A stretch of DNA of 64,000 nucleotides, from positions 1 through 64,000 of the IMG/VR virus record IMGVR_UViG_3300013936_000019; one strand, written 5' to 3'. The DNA comes from a virus. Taxonomy: Duplodnaviria; Caudoviricetes. Both the position numbers and the translations under genes were made by a program. Of the stretch, positions 1 through 11,896 are shown one piece after another. How positions within the stretch are numbered: the first letter of the stretch is position 1; every line of letters starts with the position of its first letter. Below the pieces are notes generated by a model. The model did no database searches and was not told where the DNA came from. It saw only the letters and a list, made by a program, of their open reading frames with translations.

Positions 1-97
1 TGAATGCAATGTGCCCGCCGTCAACCGCCGTAACAGCTCTAAACATATCCTGCACCATAGTATCTCCTGTTCCTTTAATCATTTTAATCTCTTTCAT
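1..97 (-). CDS. 5' end of a hypothetical protein running off the window (MKEIKMIKGTGD...)
   Basis: ATG at 97 preceded by AAGGAG, open to the window edge, with a promoter directly upstream. Confidence 0.6.
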   Translation of the reverse strand, partial: MKEIKMIKGTGDTMVQDMFRAVTAVDGGHIAF

Positions 98-123
98 GTT
101 ATCTTCTCCTTTGATGTACACAT

Positions 124-152
124 ACTATACAAATAATAAGTAGATACGTCAA
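124..152 (-). promoter_or_regulatory. sigma-A type promoter
   Basis: TTGACG-17 bp-TATAGT on the minus strand. Confidence 0.65.
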
Positions 153-352
153 GTACTTCTGCCTATAATTTTAATTAATTTACAATACAAAAAATCTATT
201 TAAACATATCAGAAGCTACAAGCCCATATTTGTCTAAATACTTTTCAACTATATGGTAGTTCTTTTTATGAGTCCTTTTCTTTTTTGAATGGAATCGTAA
301 AGTAAAAATTCGTCCAAGCTCTTTATTTGTTAATATCCTCATAAATATCATT

Positions 353-1957
353 TCAATCTATAATAATATCATCACAAATCATTCTGATACTGTAGTTTCT
401 ACCTAGAAATCCTTCATCTAATGTGCCGACAAAAGTTAATTCATCACCACATAGTGCATGGTCTTCATATTCTTCTACTGTGGCTCCCGCATTCCATTTA
501 ATAAATTTAAACCAGTGGCTTGGCTCAATTACTAAATGCTTACCTTTTGACATTGTAGTTGCTTCATATTCATTGCAAGTAATTGCAGCATGAATTGGCT
601 TGAAATTCTGCCCAGATACAAAATCAAGTTCTTTAATCTTTTGAACTAAATCTTTGTTTACATCTGCAACATCTAATTCAATATCAACATCAATGTCTGA
701 TTTTAGTTCAAGTCCGCCTAATTTATCTTCAATAATTTCTCTAAACTTATCAAAATTCTGATATGGTATATTTACAACGCCAAAAGATCCTGGATGCCCC
801 GCAAACTCTCCTAATCCTGTATCTGCACAAATCTCTCTGAAGTCACCAAACGCACGACAACTTCCAGAATATCCTCCATAGTTTTCTTTGAGAACCATAA
901 TTTGTCTTTGATATATTGACTGCAAGCGAGTTGCAATTAAACCAGATAGCCCAGATCCTTTATCTACTATTACAACAATCATTTTCTTATCTAACTGGGA
1001 TTCAGCCTGCTCAATTAAGTCCGGCAGAATAGAATCAATAATTTTATTCTGATTTTCTTTGCACTTTTTTAAAGTCTTTAAATAATTTGCAACTTCTTTA
1101 TTGTCGTCAGAAAGAAATAGATTTGCTGCATCTTCATTCTTATTTAATCTGTTAGCAGCATTTATTAAAGGTGCTATGCTGTAAAGTACAGAAGTACTAT
1201 TAAACGTATAACCGCCAAGAATTTTTAAGATGCCAGGATTGACTGGATTCTCTAGTCCAGTTTTAACAATAAATCTATTCTCCATTGATGTTTCAGATAC
1301 ATCACATACATCAGCAAGAATTCCACAACAAGCCAAATCAAAGAATTGATCTGCAATCACAGTTCCGAGTTGACTGTCGAGATATAAGCAAAACTTAAAT
1401 GTAACACCAGCACCAGATAATTCAGGATTATCATATTGTCTATTTGAGCTAACAAGCCAAACATAATCATCATATGAAATATCTGGATTTACATCATGAT
1501 GGTCTAATATCACAATATCAATCCCCATATCTTTAATTCTTTTATAGTTATCAATGTTTGAATCGAGAGAGTCAACAATAATAAGAATATCTGGTTTATA
1601 TTCATTAATCTTTTCAAACATTTTATCTGATGTTCCATGAGCTTTGCCGTCATTAATTCCCCAATCACAATGACAACCCATCTCTCTGAGATATCTAACC
1701 ATAATAGCATTACTACTACATCCATCAACGTCAACATCCCCCCAGACCATAAATTTTGATCCTTTTGAAATGCCGTCAATCACAACATCACCAGCTTCTT
1801 TGATTCTATAAAAGCTATCAAGAGGCAACATGTTATCCACAGATGGATTCAAAAATTCCTCTGGATTCTTTACTCCACGACTGTCTAAGATTGTTTCAAT
1901 GATTTCTTCATTTAACATACCTCTACAATCATTATGTATATTCAAATTATATTGCAT
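353..1957 (-). CDS. recJ: RecJ-like ssDNA exonuclease, DHH family (SPbeta YorK-like)
   Basis: Motifs DVDVDG, IVDS, ILDHH and C-terminal AGH. Start moved to ATG 1957, which overlaps the upstream stop (TAATG). Confidence 0.9.
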   Translation of the reverse strand: MQYNLNIHNDCRGMLNEEIIETILDSRGVKNPEEFLNPSVDNMLPLDSFYRIKEAGDVVIDGISKGSKFMVWGDVDVDGCSSNAIMVRYLREMGCHCDWGINDGKAHGTSDKMFEKINEYKPDILIIVDSLDSNIDNYKRIKDMGIDIVILDHHDVNPDISYDDYVWLVSSNRQYDNPELSGAGVTFKFCLYLDSQLGTVIADQFFDLACCGILADVCDVSETSMENRFIVKTGLENPVNPGILKILGGYTFNSTSVLYSIAPLINAANRLNKNEDAANLFLSDDNKEVANYLKTLKKCKENQNKIIDSILPDLIEQAESQLDKKMIVVIVDKGSGLSGLIATRLQSIYQRQIMVLKENYGGYSGSCRAFGDFREICADTGLGEFAGHPGSFGVVNIPYQNFDKFREIIEDKLGGLELKSDIDVDIELDVADVNKDLVQKIKELDFVSGQNFKPIHAAITCNEYEATTMSKGKHLVIEPSHWFKFIKWNAGATVEEYEDHALCGDELTFVGTLDEGFLGRNYSIRMICDDIIID

Positions 1958-2553
1958 TAATACTCCTTTCTGGGATGTTTGCTTTCCCACAAGTCTCTAC
2001 ACTGCTTTATCAATAAGTTTCCAATGCGACAGTTCGGCAACTCTGTATTCAAAACAGATTCAATAAATTCAATATCATCTCTGTCTAATTCCCGCCAAGC
2101 CTCAATCATATCATGATTTTCATTCATAGCACTGTAGTTAGCAACTGCATCTCTGCTAAAACTGTATGTATAATGAATTTCTTTTCCTGCCTGTCCCCGA
2201 TGAAAAATTGTAAATTCAGTATAATCTTCGACAGGGAATGGGTTATATGTCCAAATTTTAATTTCATCAGATATAATAATTTCACCTTCTAGAATGAATT
2301 CCGTATCATTTTCTATATAAGCATGAACACTTCCATATGTAAAATCATAATATCTATCAGTGGCTGCACTTCCATCAGCACACAAATGATGTTTACCACC
2401 GCTATAATTAGGATTAAATATCCACTCCATATATGGCTCATTGCCTTCAATCATTTCTGCTGTTGGCTGTTTAGCCCAATCTGGATACCATGATGCCTTT
2501 ATATCTTTGCTAATATAATTCTTCTTCACTCTCGGCACATAATTGTTTGTCAT
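1957..2553 (-). CDS. hypothetical protein
   Basis: 198-aa ORF overlapping both neighbours; no motif recognised. Confidence 0.7.
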   Translation of the reverse strand: MTNNYVPRVKKNYISKDIKASWYPDWAKQPTAEMIEGNEPYMEWIFNPNYSGGKHHLCADGSAATDRYYDFTYGSVHAYIENDTEFILEGEIIISDEIKIWTYNPFPVEDYTEFTIFHRGQAGKEIHYTYSFSRDAVANYSAMNENHDMIEAWRELDRDDIEFIESVLNTELPNCRIGNLLIKQCRDLWESKHPRKEY

Positions 2554-3565
2554 CTTGTTCTCCTTTATACTGTTTTAATTCATTTGCTAATACAGCCTCA
2601 AAAAACTGCTCACCTTTATCCGTGGGGGATATCTTTCCGCCATAATCCTTACCAAAGTTGTCCCAGTAATACAACTCAGTTTCACGCATCCTATTATAGC
2701 TTTGTATAGCTTTAAGATTACGTTCAACACTTTCCCATGGATACTGCGCATCATGCAACAAGACAATACGTTTAGGATTAAGAGATAATAGCAACTGAAC
2801 TTGTTTCTTGCTGATAGTTCCCGACCCTAAAGACACGGCACTTTTGTATCCATAACTATAGCATTGCATAGTGCTCTTTTCCGCTTCAAATACATAAATA
2901 ACATCAGCTGATTCGAGCTCGTTATAGTTGTCACTAAATCCATATAATAGCTGGCTCATCTGGCACGGCACATCATACCAATATTTCATTTCACAGTTAT
3001 CTTCATTGCGACGACATTTAACGCCAACAAGATTACCGACTTCATTTCTGATTGGAATCGTTATAGATTGACTCTCAATATCAAATCCTATTTCAAATTT
3101 TCGTTGAGTTTCTAAAGAAATGTTGTCTTTTAAGAAACGTTGATTACAGCACATTATGTATTTATCAAGAATAGACTCATCATACACTTTTAGTTCTGGC
3201 TTTGTCCTGTTCTTAATTCGCCCGTAGAACCCTCCAAAAGCCTCCACACGAGGCGTTTCATTATAAACGTAACCATCTATGCCAAGAATATTTTTAGTCT
3301 CAGAAATGACTTCTTTGAAGCTTACAGAGCGATTTGAAATAATATAATTGAACACATCCTTTACTTCATTTGTTGCCCAATCTTTTACAAGCAGAGCTTC
3401 ATTTGAGTCAAGATAAATTGTTATAGACTTTGGAGAAGATTCCTGACTTCTTGCAAAAGAGATATAAGAAGAATGAATCCTAATTTTATAGAAGTCAAAC
3501 TTTTCTAATAATTGTTTTATTTTTTCTGGATCTTCTAATAATCTCTTCTTTAACACTTCAATCAT
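2510..3565 (-). CDS. DNA primase, TOPRIM (YorJ-like)
   Basis: ITIPIRNEVGNLVGVKCR, VYVFEAEKS-like and LLHD TOPRIM motifs; lies downstream of the helicase. Confidence 0.85.
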   Translation of the reverse strand: MIEVLKKRLLEDPEKIKQLLEKFDFYKIRIHSSYISFARSQESSPKSITIYLDSNEALLVKDWATNEVKDVFNYIISNRSVSFKEVISETKNILGIDGYVYNETPRVEAFGGFYGRIKNRTKPELKVYDESILDKYIMCCNQRFLKDNISLETQRKFEIGFDIESQSITIPIRNEVGNLVGVKCRRNEDNCEMKYWYDVPCQMSQLLYGFSDNYNELESADVIYVFEAEKSTMQCYSYGYKSAVSLGSGTISKKQVQLLLSLNPKRIVLLHDAQYPWESVERNLKAIQSYNRMRETELYYWDNFGKDYGGKISPTDKGEQFFEAVLANELKQYKGEQDDKQLCAESEEELY

Positions 3566-3608
3566 GAATCTTCTTTCCTCTTTGTAATTTTAATTAGTCT
3601 ATGTGAAT

Positions 3609-3637
3609 AGTATACAGCACAATGTAAAACTTTGCAA
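3609..3637 (-). promoter_or_regulatory. sigma-A type promoter for primase-recJ
   Basis: TTGCAA-17 bp-TATACT. Confidence 0.6.
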
Positions 3638-3639
3638 TG

Positions 3640-3668
3640 AAAAAGAGCGGTCATTCGCTCTTTCTTTC
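3640..3668. terminator. intrinsic terminator, possibly bidirectional
   Basis: AAAGAGCG-GTCATT-CGCTCTTT stem flanked by A and T tracts. Confidence 0.6.
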
Positions 3669-3675
3669 TATATTT

Positions 3676-4215
3676 TTATTTATGTAAATGATAATTCCGT
3701 CCATCACGGCTATTCAAATACCTTACCATTTTATTATTGTAATCATATATTTCCGGAATATGGCGCTTATACCATTCTGGATCTATTCCAAATCCAAACA
3801 GCACTTCATATTTATCTCCATCAATAACAGATTCAAACAAAAATACGCTGTTAGGTTTTAATGGTTTGATTGTAAACTTCTGCCCAAACACTTCATATTC
3901 AGTTTTTGCATACTTCTCACCATAAGGAGAGAAGTCCATGTAAGACTCATAAGGTGCCCAATCTATTTTCTTTTCTTTATAATTGCATATAGTTACACTA
4001 TATTTATAAAAACTAAATATAATATTTTTATTTCCTATATTTACAAGGAAATAATGAGGATTATATATAGAAACCGGTTCAAAATCATTTATACCATATT
4101 CAAATGGTTCCGGTTCGAAATTTAAAGTATTAATGGGACTTTCAAACAAATCTTCTCGTTTCCCTAGTTGCTTTCTGTTTTTCCATGCTAAAGCACCATA
4201 ATCCATTATAGCCAT
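3676..4215 (-). CDS. hypothetical protein
   Basis: 179-aa ORF in the operon. Confidence 0.7.
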   Translation of the reverse strand: MAIMDYGALAWKNRKQLGKREDLFESPINTLNFEPEPFEYGINDFEPVSIYNPHYFLVNIGNKNIIFSFYKYSVTICNYKEKKIDWAPYESYMDFSPYGEKYAKTEYEVFGQKFTIKPLKPNSVFLFESVIDGDKYEVLFGFGIDPEWYKRHIPEIYDYNNKMVRYLNSRDGRNYHLHK

Positions 4216-4221
4216 ATTTTT

Positions 4222-4623
4222 TTAACTTCTTTCCATCCCTTGCCCATGAAATCCATTTACGGTAAATTTTAAAAATGCATAAGCTTCTTCAATAGACGTG
4301 AAAGTACTTTTAACATTTGCACCTGCTGTAAATACTTCATACAAATCTAGTTCTTTAGTTGTATCATATCCGTGCCGCTGCATATAGTCGGTCATCATAT
4401 CTAAGCAATGAACAATCCAGTTACGTGCGCCATCGTCTGAGTCCCAAGACAATAACGTCTCAAATTCAAAATAGTAGAGACCGTTCTCATAGATCAAGTC
4501 AAAGTCATCCCATGGCGGAGTAAATCCTTCTTTCAGTTCATAATCTTCAAAATAACCTTTGGTATTCAACGTTGTACTCTCAGGAGCTTCCATCACTGGA
4601 ATACCTATCAAAATTTTATACAT
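4222..4623 (-). CDS. hypothetical protein
   Basis: 133-aa ORF with AAGGAG RBS. Confidence 0.7.
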   Translation of the reverse strand: MYKILIGIPVMEAPESTTLNTKGYFEDYELKEGFTPPWDDFDLIYENGLYYFEFETLLSWDSDDGARNWIVHCLDMMTDYMQRHGYDTTKELDLYEVFTAGANVKSTFTSIEEAYAFLKFTVNGFHGQGMERS

Positions 4624-4658
4624 ATTCTTCTCCTTTGTTCGATTATAATTTTAAATGA

Positions 4659-6236
4659 TTAGACTAGCATAGCATGCTTTGTTTTAACCATACACACTTC
4701 TCTAAATGTAGACAAATGTCCGTCAAACTTTAATAAGTGACTAACACCGTTGCTTCCTGTATCTAGGCCATCTCTATTTTTTTCCACTGTTACTACAATA
4801 TATACACCAGATGGATCTGGAGTGAACTCTGTTTCTTCCCATTTAGGTTGTTCTTTAGTCCCGATGTTTTCTCTCTTAAATGGATGACAATAATATTTAC
4901 TTGATTTATTCAATTCTTCTTCGTTATACAATGTTCTACACATTAAAAGCTGTGATAAAATTTCTTTTGTCTGCTTAGAGCCAGCAAGCACATTAGCAGA
5001 AAGAGTAAGTGTTCCTTTAAAACGCTCCCCACACTGACATGAACACATCCCAATTAAGTTATACTTCATTGCAAGCTGATGAAGCTCCCTAGAATCTTTT
5101 ACTAAAGATAAATCCTGTCTTTCACCTCTAAACGCATCGTCTGTTAGCTTGAAAGTATCCAGTAAATATGCCGAAAATCCATATCTTAAATGCGCATCTC
5201 TAATCTTTTTCTTAATAAGAGACATATCATTAGAATTGATTGACACGAACTTTAAGCATCCTTTATAATTATCGTTAAAATATTTCTTTGCAAGTTTAAT
5301 CTGTCTTTTGTCTTCTGCGTTTAAATCGCCAATACTCAATTTCGATTTAGTACATTTATAATATTTACAGTAGCGAGCAAGCAAAAATGCCATAAACTTG
5401 ATTTTAAATTTCTGAATCTTTTCTTCATTGGAAATTAGAATAACCTTTTCTCCTCTGTACAGCAATCCCATAATAATGGTTACGAAAATCGTACTCTTAC
5501 CAACGCCACTAAATCCAGCCAGCATCATTAGATTTCCTGGATGTAGTCCCATTGTCTGGTTGCTTAAATATTTTAGTCCTCTAATTTGTTCTCCATTTAC
5601 ATCAATTCCACAAACATCATAAGGAGTTCCCATTTCTGAATTTTCTTCAAGTTTATCTTCCCATCCGTCTTCAAAATAAATATCTTCTTCTTCGATTACT
5701 TCAGAGCTTTCACCTAATTCATATCCTGCAAGCCTCATATCATAAAAGTCAATAATCTGATCTGGTTTCATTTTTTGGAACAGATTAAATGGAATGACTT
5801 GTTTGTCTCCAATTTCAATCTTATTAAATAATTCAAACCCATCAGCGTATAACTGACATAAAAGATTTGACCTGTAAAAATTATCTAAATATGTATCAAA
5901 GTTGGATGTATTAATTACTTCTGCCATATTAGAAAGTGTTTCATATCCTCCTCTTTCATTAAAAGCATCAATAATATTTTCATTCATACTACTCAAAATA
6001 GTAACTTCATCAATAGTATTATATCCCATTCCAACCAATTTACTAATTAATCCAAAATAAAATTTTCCATCTTTTGTATAAAACTTCTTTGAATTAATCT
6101 TTGTGTCTTGAAGCAATGTTGTATCTTTTATAAAACAGGCAATTAAATTGCCTTCAACAGTAAGACGACCTTCAAGCAATCTTTCATCATATTTTTCACA
6201 CACTCCGCTCAAAAAATCTTTCTTATTAATACTCAT
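4659..6236 (-). CDS. replicative DnaB-like helicase (YorI-like)
   Basis: Walker A AGFSGVGKST, ISNEE, YLLDTFK, and the KNRDG arginine finger. Confidence 0.9.
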   Translation of the reverse strand: MSINKKDFLSGVCEKYDERLLEGRLTVEGNLIACFIKDTTLLQDTKINSKKFYTKDGKFYFGLISKLVGMGYNTIDEVTILSSMNENIIDAFNERGGYETLSNMAEVINTSNFDTYLDNFYRSNLLCQLYADGFELFNKIEIGDKQVIPFNLFQKMKPDQIIDFYDMRLAGYELGESSEVIEEEDIYFEDGWEDKLEENSEMGTPYDVCGIDVNGEQIRGLKYLSNQTMGLHPGNLMMLAGFSGVGKSTIFVTIIMGLLYRGEKVILISNEEKIQKFKIKFMAFLLARYCKYYKCTKSKLSIGDLNAEDKRQIKLAKKYFNDNYKGCLKFVSINSNDMSLIKKKIRDAHLRYGFSAYLLDTFKLTDDAFRGERQDLSLVKDSRELHQLAMKYNLIGMCSCQCGERFKGTLTLSANVLAGSKQTKEILSQLLMCRTLYNEEELNKSSKYYCHPFKRENIGTKEQPKWEETEFTPDPSGVYIVVTVEKNRDGLDTGSNGVSHLLKFDGHLSTFREVCMVKTKHAMLV

Positions 6237-9200
6237 TTGTCTTCTCCTTTGCTTTTTTTAAAAAATACCTTACCCAGCATTCAACTGACTGGCTTTCGCA
6301 TAGGTTTTCACAATCTAAATTGCAACTATATGTATCTAAAGGACAGCTCCCTGAAAATTTATCAATTGTCTCGCACGCCAACTTTAATGCTTTTTTGTAA
6401 TCTTGCGCAAAGTTCATTTTTTATTCTCCTGAAAGTTGCACGGCTGTGGATTATATTTTTTATGCCACATACAGTATTGAATATCTACATGCTTTCCATC
6501 AATCCATTTTTCAACAAGCATACAGTGCAGACAGTTTGCACAATCATTTTTTGTGTTCTGTTGTTCCATCATTCTTCTCCTCTGCGTCTAAATATGTAAT
6601 AGTTGCACCATCTTTAATTGTAGTAACTAAATAAACATTTGTCTGCAATCCGTTCTGTTTAAACTCACATATCTGAACATCACACTTTTCTGGCTCCATT
6701 TATGCCTCCTTACTTGTTATCCATCTTTTCAAAGATATAGTCAACACTATCTTTGATAGTGGACTCAACCTTATCTATATTTTCGGAAGTAACAACACTA
6801 GACACAATCATTTTATAACATGTCTCTTCGCTTGGAATAACGCACAATACTAGAATAGAAATTAACAATGGAATTGCTATCTTTTTTACTAGTTTTTTCT
6901 TTTCAATAATTTCATCTTTATTAAGATTACCGCAAGTGAGTTCAAGTGCAATGAAAAAAACTACTAAACCAAACAATGAAAATAAAATAATAAACACTAT
7001 ATCACATATGGCTTTAATATTTGACAATAATCCTATTAAATAAAACCAAATCGGATTAATTAAATAAGTCATTCTGCTACCTCACAATATTTTAAAATAT
7101 CTTTAATAGTAGCATCATCTGGGATATCTTCGAAATATCCACGCTTTTTCATGTATCCATAAGTATTAAACGAGCCAAATGTTTTGTCTTTGCTGTCATT
7201 AGTGTCTAATAAATCATACTCAAATTTTGATAATTTATACTTAGGCTTTTTATATTCTTCACAATACCAATGTAACATGTCTTGAATTACACCTAAACTA
7301 GGATCGCTATATTCAAAATAATATGTCTGCAATGCCGAGGTGAGAGCAGAATCGGTTAACATTTTATCACGAAGTTTATCATAATCATTTATAATATCAT
7401 TTACAAAATGTTCTAAATTCGTTTCTTTTGTCTCTGTTATTGGCATATCTCCAATATATTCATAAATATCTCTATAGGCATAATTCTCACCCAAAGCATA
7501 ATCATCTGATTGATCTTGATAATTAATTTGTCTATCTATATAGTCTAAAATCTTTTCTTTTTCTTCTTTAGTCATATTTTCTCACCTGTAATTCTACGTA
7601 ATCACATTTTTTTCTTGCTTTTATATAAAGCCAAATTGCTTTAAGAAAAGAGTTGGTGCATTCATACATTTCCCAAAACTTATCTTCGTAATTTTTGCCT
7701 GCTACTGTATATTTACCGCCCATTATTCAACCTCACTCCAATCTAATCTTTGACCGCATAATTCACAATATTTACTTTTCCAATCTCTTGGATCCCAACA
7801 ATTATCACAAACAGGGCATTTATAATGTCCATAAAGTTTTTTTATCGGTTTCTTCGGTGTTTCTTTGTCTACTAGTTCTTGTAATACTTCTAGATAACCT
7901 CTGCTTGCAATACCATATATTTTATTTTCATCGTATAAATTCCATAAATAATTCATTGCATCTAATACGTCTTCCTGCCTGTCCATCATCTTTCCTCCAA
8001 GTAATAATTATCCTTTTTTGACTAATTCAATCCATTTGCCTTCCCAGCCATACTTCTCAGGTACAGAAGTATCAACATTAATATCATTAAAACGACCTTC
8101 AGCCATATCTGGCAAGAGACCAAAACAATCTGCTCTCCACAAAATGTACGTCTTTCTAACCACACAGGTAAAATTCAAATGTCTTGCTTAAATCATTTTC
8201 ACCTATCTACTTTCCCACAATGCTTTTGAGCTTTTCTTCCAGTTCTTGTTTAGTCGTATTAAAGCCCAAGTTCTTCAAGAGTATAATGTCTGTCTTCTTC
8301 CATTCCTTTATACATATTAGAATTAAGCGGAAATTTAGGCAAATGAAAGAATTCTCCATTTTTAAGTGTAAACACAATTTCATATTCCCCAAATCTAAGC
8401 TTTACAATGCTTTCAATATCATTTCTGAAAGGTTTAATTACTGCACTCAAATATTTCTTTTCCACATCATCCAAAATTGGTTCTTTGTATTCAAAACACA
8501 GCCACAGAAGGAAATTTAGTAAATTATCAGATTCATCACCACTAAGTTTAAGACCATGCTTTACAGCAAAATCTTTTGTATCGGCAGGAGCGTCTTTCCA
8601 AATTTCGTTCATAATTTTTTCAAAGTTTGTCATTTTTCATTTTCCTTATTTCCCACTGTTTACTCCTCGTCATAATCCAGCTTAAACACTATTAGGCAAT
8701 CATCGCCGCACTTGTTGTGGGCAAAATCACAGGCACTAGAACGAAGAGTTTTTACTGTATATCCAAGCAAGTCAGACAACTCATAAACTGTTCCGATTCC
8801 TAAAAATGTATCACCTTTGTAAGCAGCGTATTCAGTTAATTTCTTTGACATTTGTGCCTCCATCTAATTGCTTTAATTCTCTGAGCAGGTATTCAATGTC
8901 ATCAATATCTTTGCCCGTCCAGTAAAGATTATCTGCGCATGTTTTTAGTTCTGTTAGTGTAACAGATGTAGCATCACCGCTTTCAACCATTGAAATAATT
9001 GCCTTAATCTGATTAATCGTATTGCTGTGTTTTGTCTGTGCAAAATTTAACCTAGCAGAATACTGTGCTATTAATATATTTTTATCTATCATATTTTCTC
9101 CCATTTTAGAATTACATTTTCTGGATTGTTCAGGTTGTCTTCTGAAACATCTACCCAAATTTGTTCTGTTGCTCCGCATTTTTTACACTTCTCTATAACC

Positions 9201-9289
9201 AATCTTAACGGATAACCCATCTCATCCTGCTGAAGAACATTACTCCGTTCTATAATGCGCCAATCATGTTTACAACTCATATTAATCAA
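6226..9289 (-). other. cluster of about 11 small, tightly packed hypothetical phage genes (e.g. 6226-6417, 6710-7072 membrane protein, 7069-7575, 7723-7989 Zn-ribbon, 8259-8633, 8660-8851, 8832-9092, 9089-9289)
   Basis: Same-strand ORFs with RBSs and overlapping stop/start codons. Confidence 0.65.
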
Positions 9290-9755
9290 TTAACCCTTCT
9301 AATAACTCATCCATACCTTTACGTTCTTTTTTAGGCTTATACTTTGTCTCGTAAATCTCCACATCTACATCCTTATGAACAACCGGTTCTGTCTTCTTAG
9401 GTTGCCAGTCATCCAAATTATTCCGAAGTATAGCTCCAAAATATTTAATCTTTGCATATGTAGAGCTGAATGTCTTTGACATATATTTATCAATGTCTGC
9501 CTGATTCTCTGTAATATATGCAAGCATCTTTTCAAATCCGTGAACCGCAGCTATCTCATTCATTTCTTTATACAGCACTGTATTTGTTGTTTTGCCAAGA
9601 ATCTCAAACGCCTTTTCATAGAATAATTGGCTCGGCTTTTTTGCAACGCTATGTTCGGCGTTACAGTAATAACGATTTACTTTACCGTGGCGAACAATAT
9701 ATGCGTCTTCTTTCTTTAGTCTCTTACCACAGTAAGCACATTTAACTTTTGCCAT
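9282..9755 (-). CDS. Zn-finger protein (YorH-like), possible helicase loader or accessory
   Basis: N-terminal CAYC...YCNAEH; position between the AAA ATPase and helicase as in SPbeta. Confidence 0.5.
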   Translation of the reverse strand: MAKVKCAYCGKRLKKEDAYIVRHGKVNRYYCNAEHSVAKKPSQLFYEKAFEILGKTTNTVLYKEMNEIAAVHGFEKMLAYITENQADIDKYMSKTFSSTYAKIKYFGAILRNNLDDWQPKKTEPVVHKDVDVEIYETKYKPKKERKGMDELLEGLID

Positions 9756-9835
9756 ACAATCACCTCATTCGTACAATAATAATATCATTAGTTTATCTAT
9801 ATTACAAGTTATAATTTTAAACAGTTTAAATAAAT

Positions 9836-9863
9836 AAAAAAAGCCGGGCTGTTACACCCGGCA
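9836..9863 (-). terminator. intrinsic terminator
   Basis: GCCGGG-TGTAACAG-CCCGGC followed by a U tract on the minus strand. Confidence 0.8.
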
Positions 9864-9874
9864 CAATGGATATA

Positions 9875-11053
9875 TTAGAACGGAAGATTCAGTTTGTCGT
9901 AAGCAGCCTTCAGTTCTTCTTCTGGGAGGTCGTTGAACTTACCGTACTTCTTTACAGTTGCTCTAATTTCTGCTTTAAGAGTCTTATCTGTAGATGCCTT
10001 ATAAAGCTCCATTACCTTTTCTAATAAGTTATCTGGATATTCAGATTTTGTTTCTACTTCCGTGGCAGGTTCTTCTTCTAAAATGTCATCAGTATCAAGG
10101 GATTCTGGAAGTGGATCAGATTTGATTTCTGATTCTTCTTCGACTGGAGCTGGGACTGGCGTAGATGCTGGTTTGGAAGTGGAAGGATTTGTGGAAGTAG
10201 AAGCATTCTTAGAATTTTTAATTGCATCATGTAATGCCTTTAATAATTCATCTGCGTCAAGCGGAATTTCATCAACGATTCCAGCGAATCTTGACTTACT
10301 ATCTACAGAATAATTATCATCTCTGAATACAATCTTTCTTCTTTCTTCCTTGATCTTATTTACTGTAACTTCCTTATGAGTTACAACATTTTTACGTCCA
10401 GTTCCTTCTGTTTCAATTGTTCTATCAATACAAGCAACACCTACAATATGTACTTTAGATTTAAATGCATTGAAATATTTCTGAGCCATATCCGTTGATA
10501 ATGTTGTATATGTCTGGTTTGTTAATGCATCTAAGATTTCTTTTTGCTTCACGTGTCCCGACATCCATACCTGAACTCCGACATTTTTAAGCTGCCAAAT
10601 CTTATCAAGAATCATGTTAATTACATAATCCATACCTGCACCAAATCCTCCCCACGTTCCGTTTAAAGTCTTTGCAGGGACAAAATCTTTCTTTCCAATA
10701 TTTTCAGTGTTGAACCTCTTTATACATTCAGGCTCTGCAATAGCTAATGTCTGATCTAAAGTGTCCAACACGATAACTTTTAAATTAGAATAATCTGTGT
10801 TCTTATTTTTTACAATATCTTTAACTACTGCATCAAATTTCTTCCAGTCTTCTACATCTTCATATACTACTCCATCAATTGCGGAAACCCCATCTTCTTT
10901 GCCCATATTTAGTAAAAGATAACCATCTTCTCCAAATTCCTTTTCACATGCACGAGCCAAAACCGTCGTTTTACCGATCCCAGGCTGGCCTAATAAAATC
11001 AATGAATACTTGCTTAAATCGTCACTAATTACATTTTTCTTTCCAAATGCCAT
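9875..11053 (-). CDS. AAA_24/Sak4-like ATPase (YorG-like recombination/replication protein)
   Basis: GQPGIGKTT, IVLDTLD, SGH and KSRF motifs; acidic C-terminal linker. Confidence 0.8.
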   Translation of the reverse strand: MAFGKKNVISDDLSKYSLILLGQPGIGKTTVLARACEKEFGEDGYLLLNMGKEDGVSAIDGVVYEDVEDWKKFDAVVKDIVKNKNTDYSNLKVIVLDTLDQTLAIAEPECIKRFNTENIGKKDFVPAKTLNGTWGGFGAGMDYVINMILDKIWQLKNVGVQVWMSGHVKQKEILDALTNQTYTTLSTDMAQKYFNAFKSKVHIVGVACIDRTIETEGTGRKNVVTHKEVTVNKIKEERRKIVFRDDNYSVDSKSRFAGIVDEIPLDADELLKALHDAIKNSKNASTSTNPSTSKPASTPVPAPVEEESEIKSDPLPESLDTDDILEEEPATEVETKSEYPDNLLEKVMELYKASTDKTLKAEIRATVKKYGKFNDLPEEELKAAYDKLNLPF

Positions 11054-11069
11054 AATCTTTTTTCTCCTT

Positions 11070-11885
11070 TTATTCTTTATCTAATAATTTTAAATCGTCT
11101 TCAGGTTGTATTTTATTCTTTTCTGCTATTTTCATAGAATTATCATATGAAAACTCACCAAAGTATTTTTCTTCTGCTTCTTTCCTTACTTTAATTGCGT
11201 CTTCTATATCTTTATAATACCCAAGATTAATTTTCTTTCCATCTATCATAATGGCAGCATTCCATTTATGTATACTCTTTTCATAATATACACCAGTAAC
11301 ACCAGATGTATTATTCTTAGACAATTTATTGTTCCTGTTATTTTCTGCATGGCTAATAACTCTTAAATTACACTTTCTATTGTCTTCGACAACATGCGAT
11401 ATATGATCTACATCAAAACCAGGTTTTGCGTTTGTCACTAATCTATGTAGGAATAAGCTTTTCCTATTAGAATCTTTAGTAGTTAAGGCTCCTCTTTTGT
11501 CTTTACTCCAACAAAAGTTTTTTATTTTATCATAATCTTCTTTATCAAAATAAAACGGTTCACCTTTTAACGTATATCCAACTCCATATTCATATTTCTC
11601 TAGATCATATTCGTTATATTTTTTGTGTAACTTTGATAACTTTTTCTTATTTTCTTCTGAAACAACTTAATTATGAATGACCTCATTGTTATAACAGCCA
11701 CAAGAAGTTGTATGTCCGGATCTCAAATTGCCACCACTAACAATAACTATATTTTTTTCTGGACAATCACATACACAATACCACATTGCAATTTTTATCC
11801 CATTTGGTTGAATCCTGTCGGGTGCCCTTTTAAGAACTGTTAATCTACCGAATTTTTTCCCTGATAGATCTATTAATTTTCCCAT
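11070..11885 (-). pseudogene. HNH-AP2 homing endonuclease with one premature TAA
   Basis: ORFs 11667-11885 and 11070-11438 are in the same frame, separated by a single TAA at 11667-11669. Read-through gives DLSGKKFGRLTV...FLHRLV...VDHISH..DNRKCNLR..N plus an AP2 domain (SGVTGV...KWNAAI). Confidence 0.85.
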
Positions 11886-11896
11886 ATAATCCCCAT

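Noticed and set aside
6414-6699. Apparent frameshift in an A6 run joining two short ORFs
   Set aside because: The second frame has its own GAGGAG RBS and ATG (MMEQQNTKNDCANC...), so two overlapping small genes explain it.
8008-8196. Possible small gene with a TAA at codon 3
   Set aside because: No recognisable homology and an alternative internal ATG exists, so the evidence is too weak to call a pseudogene.
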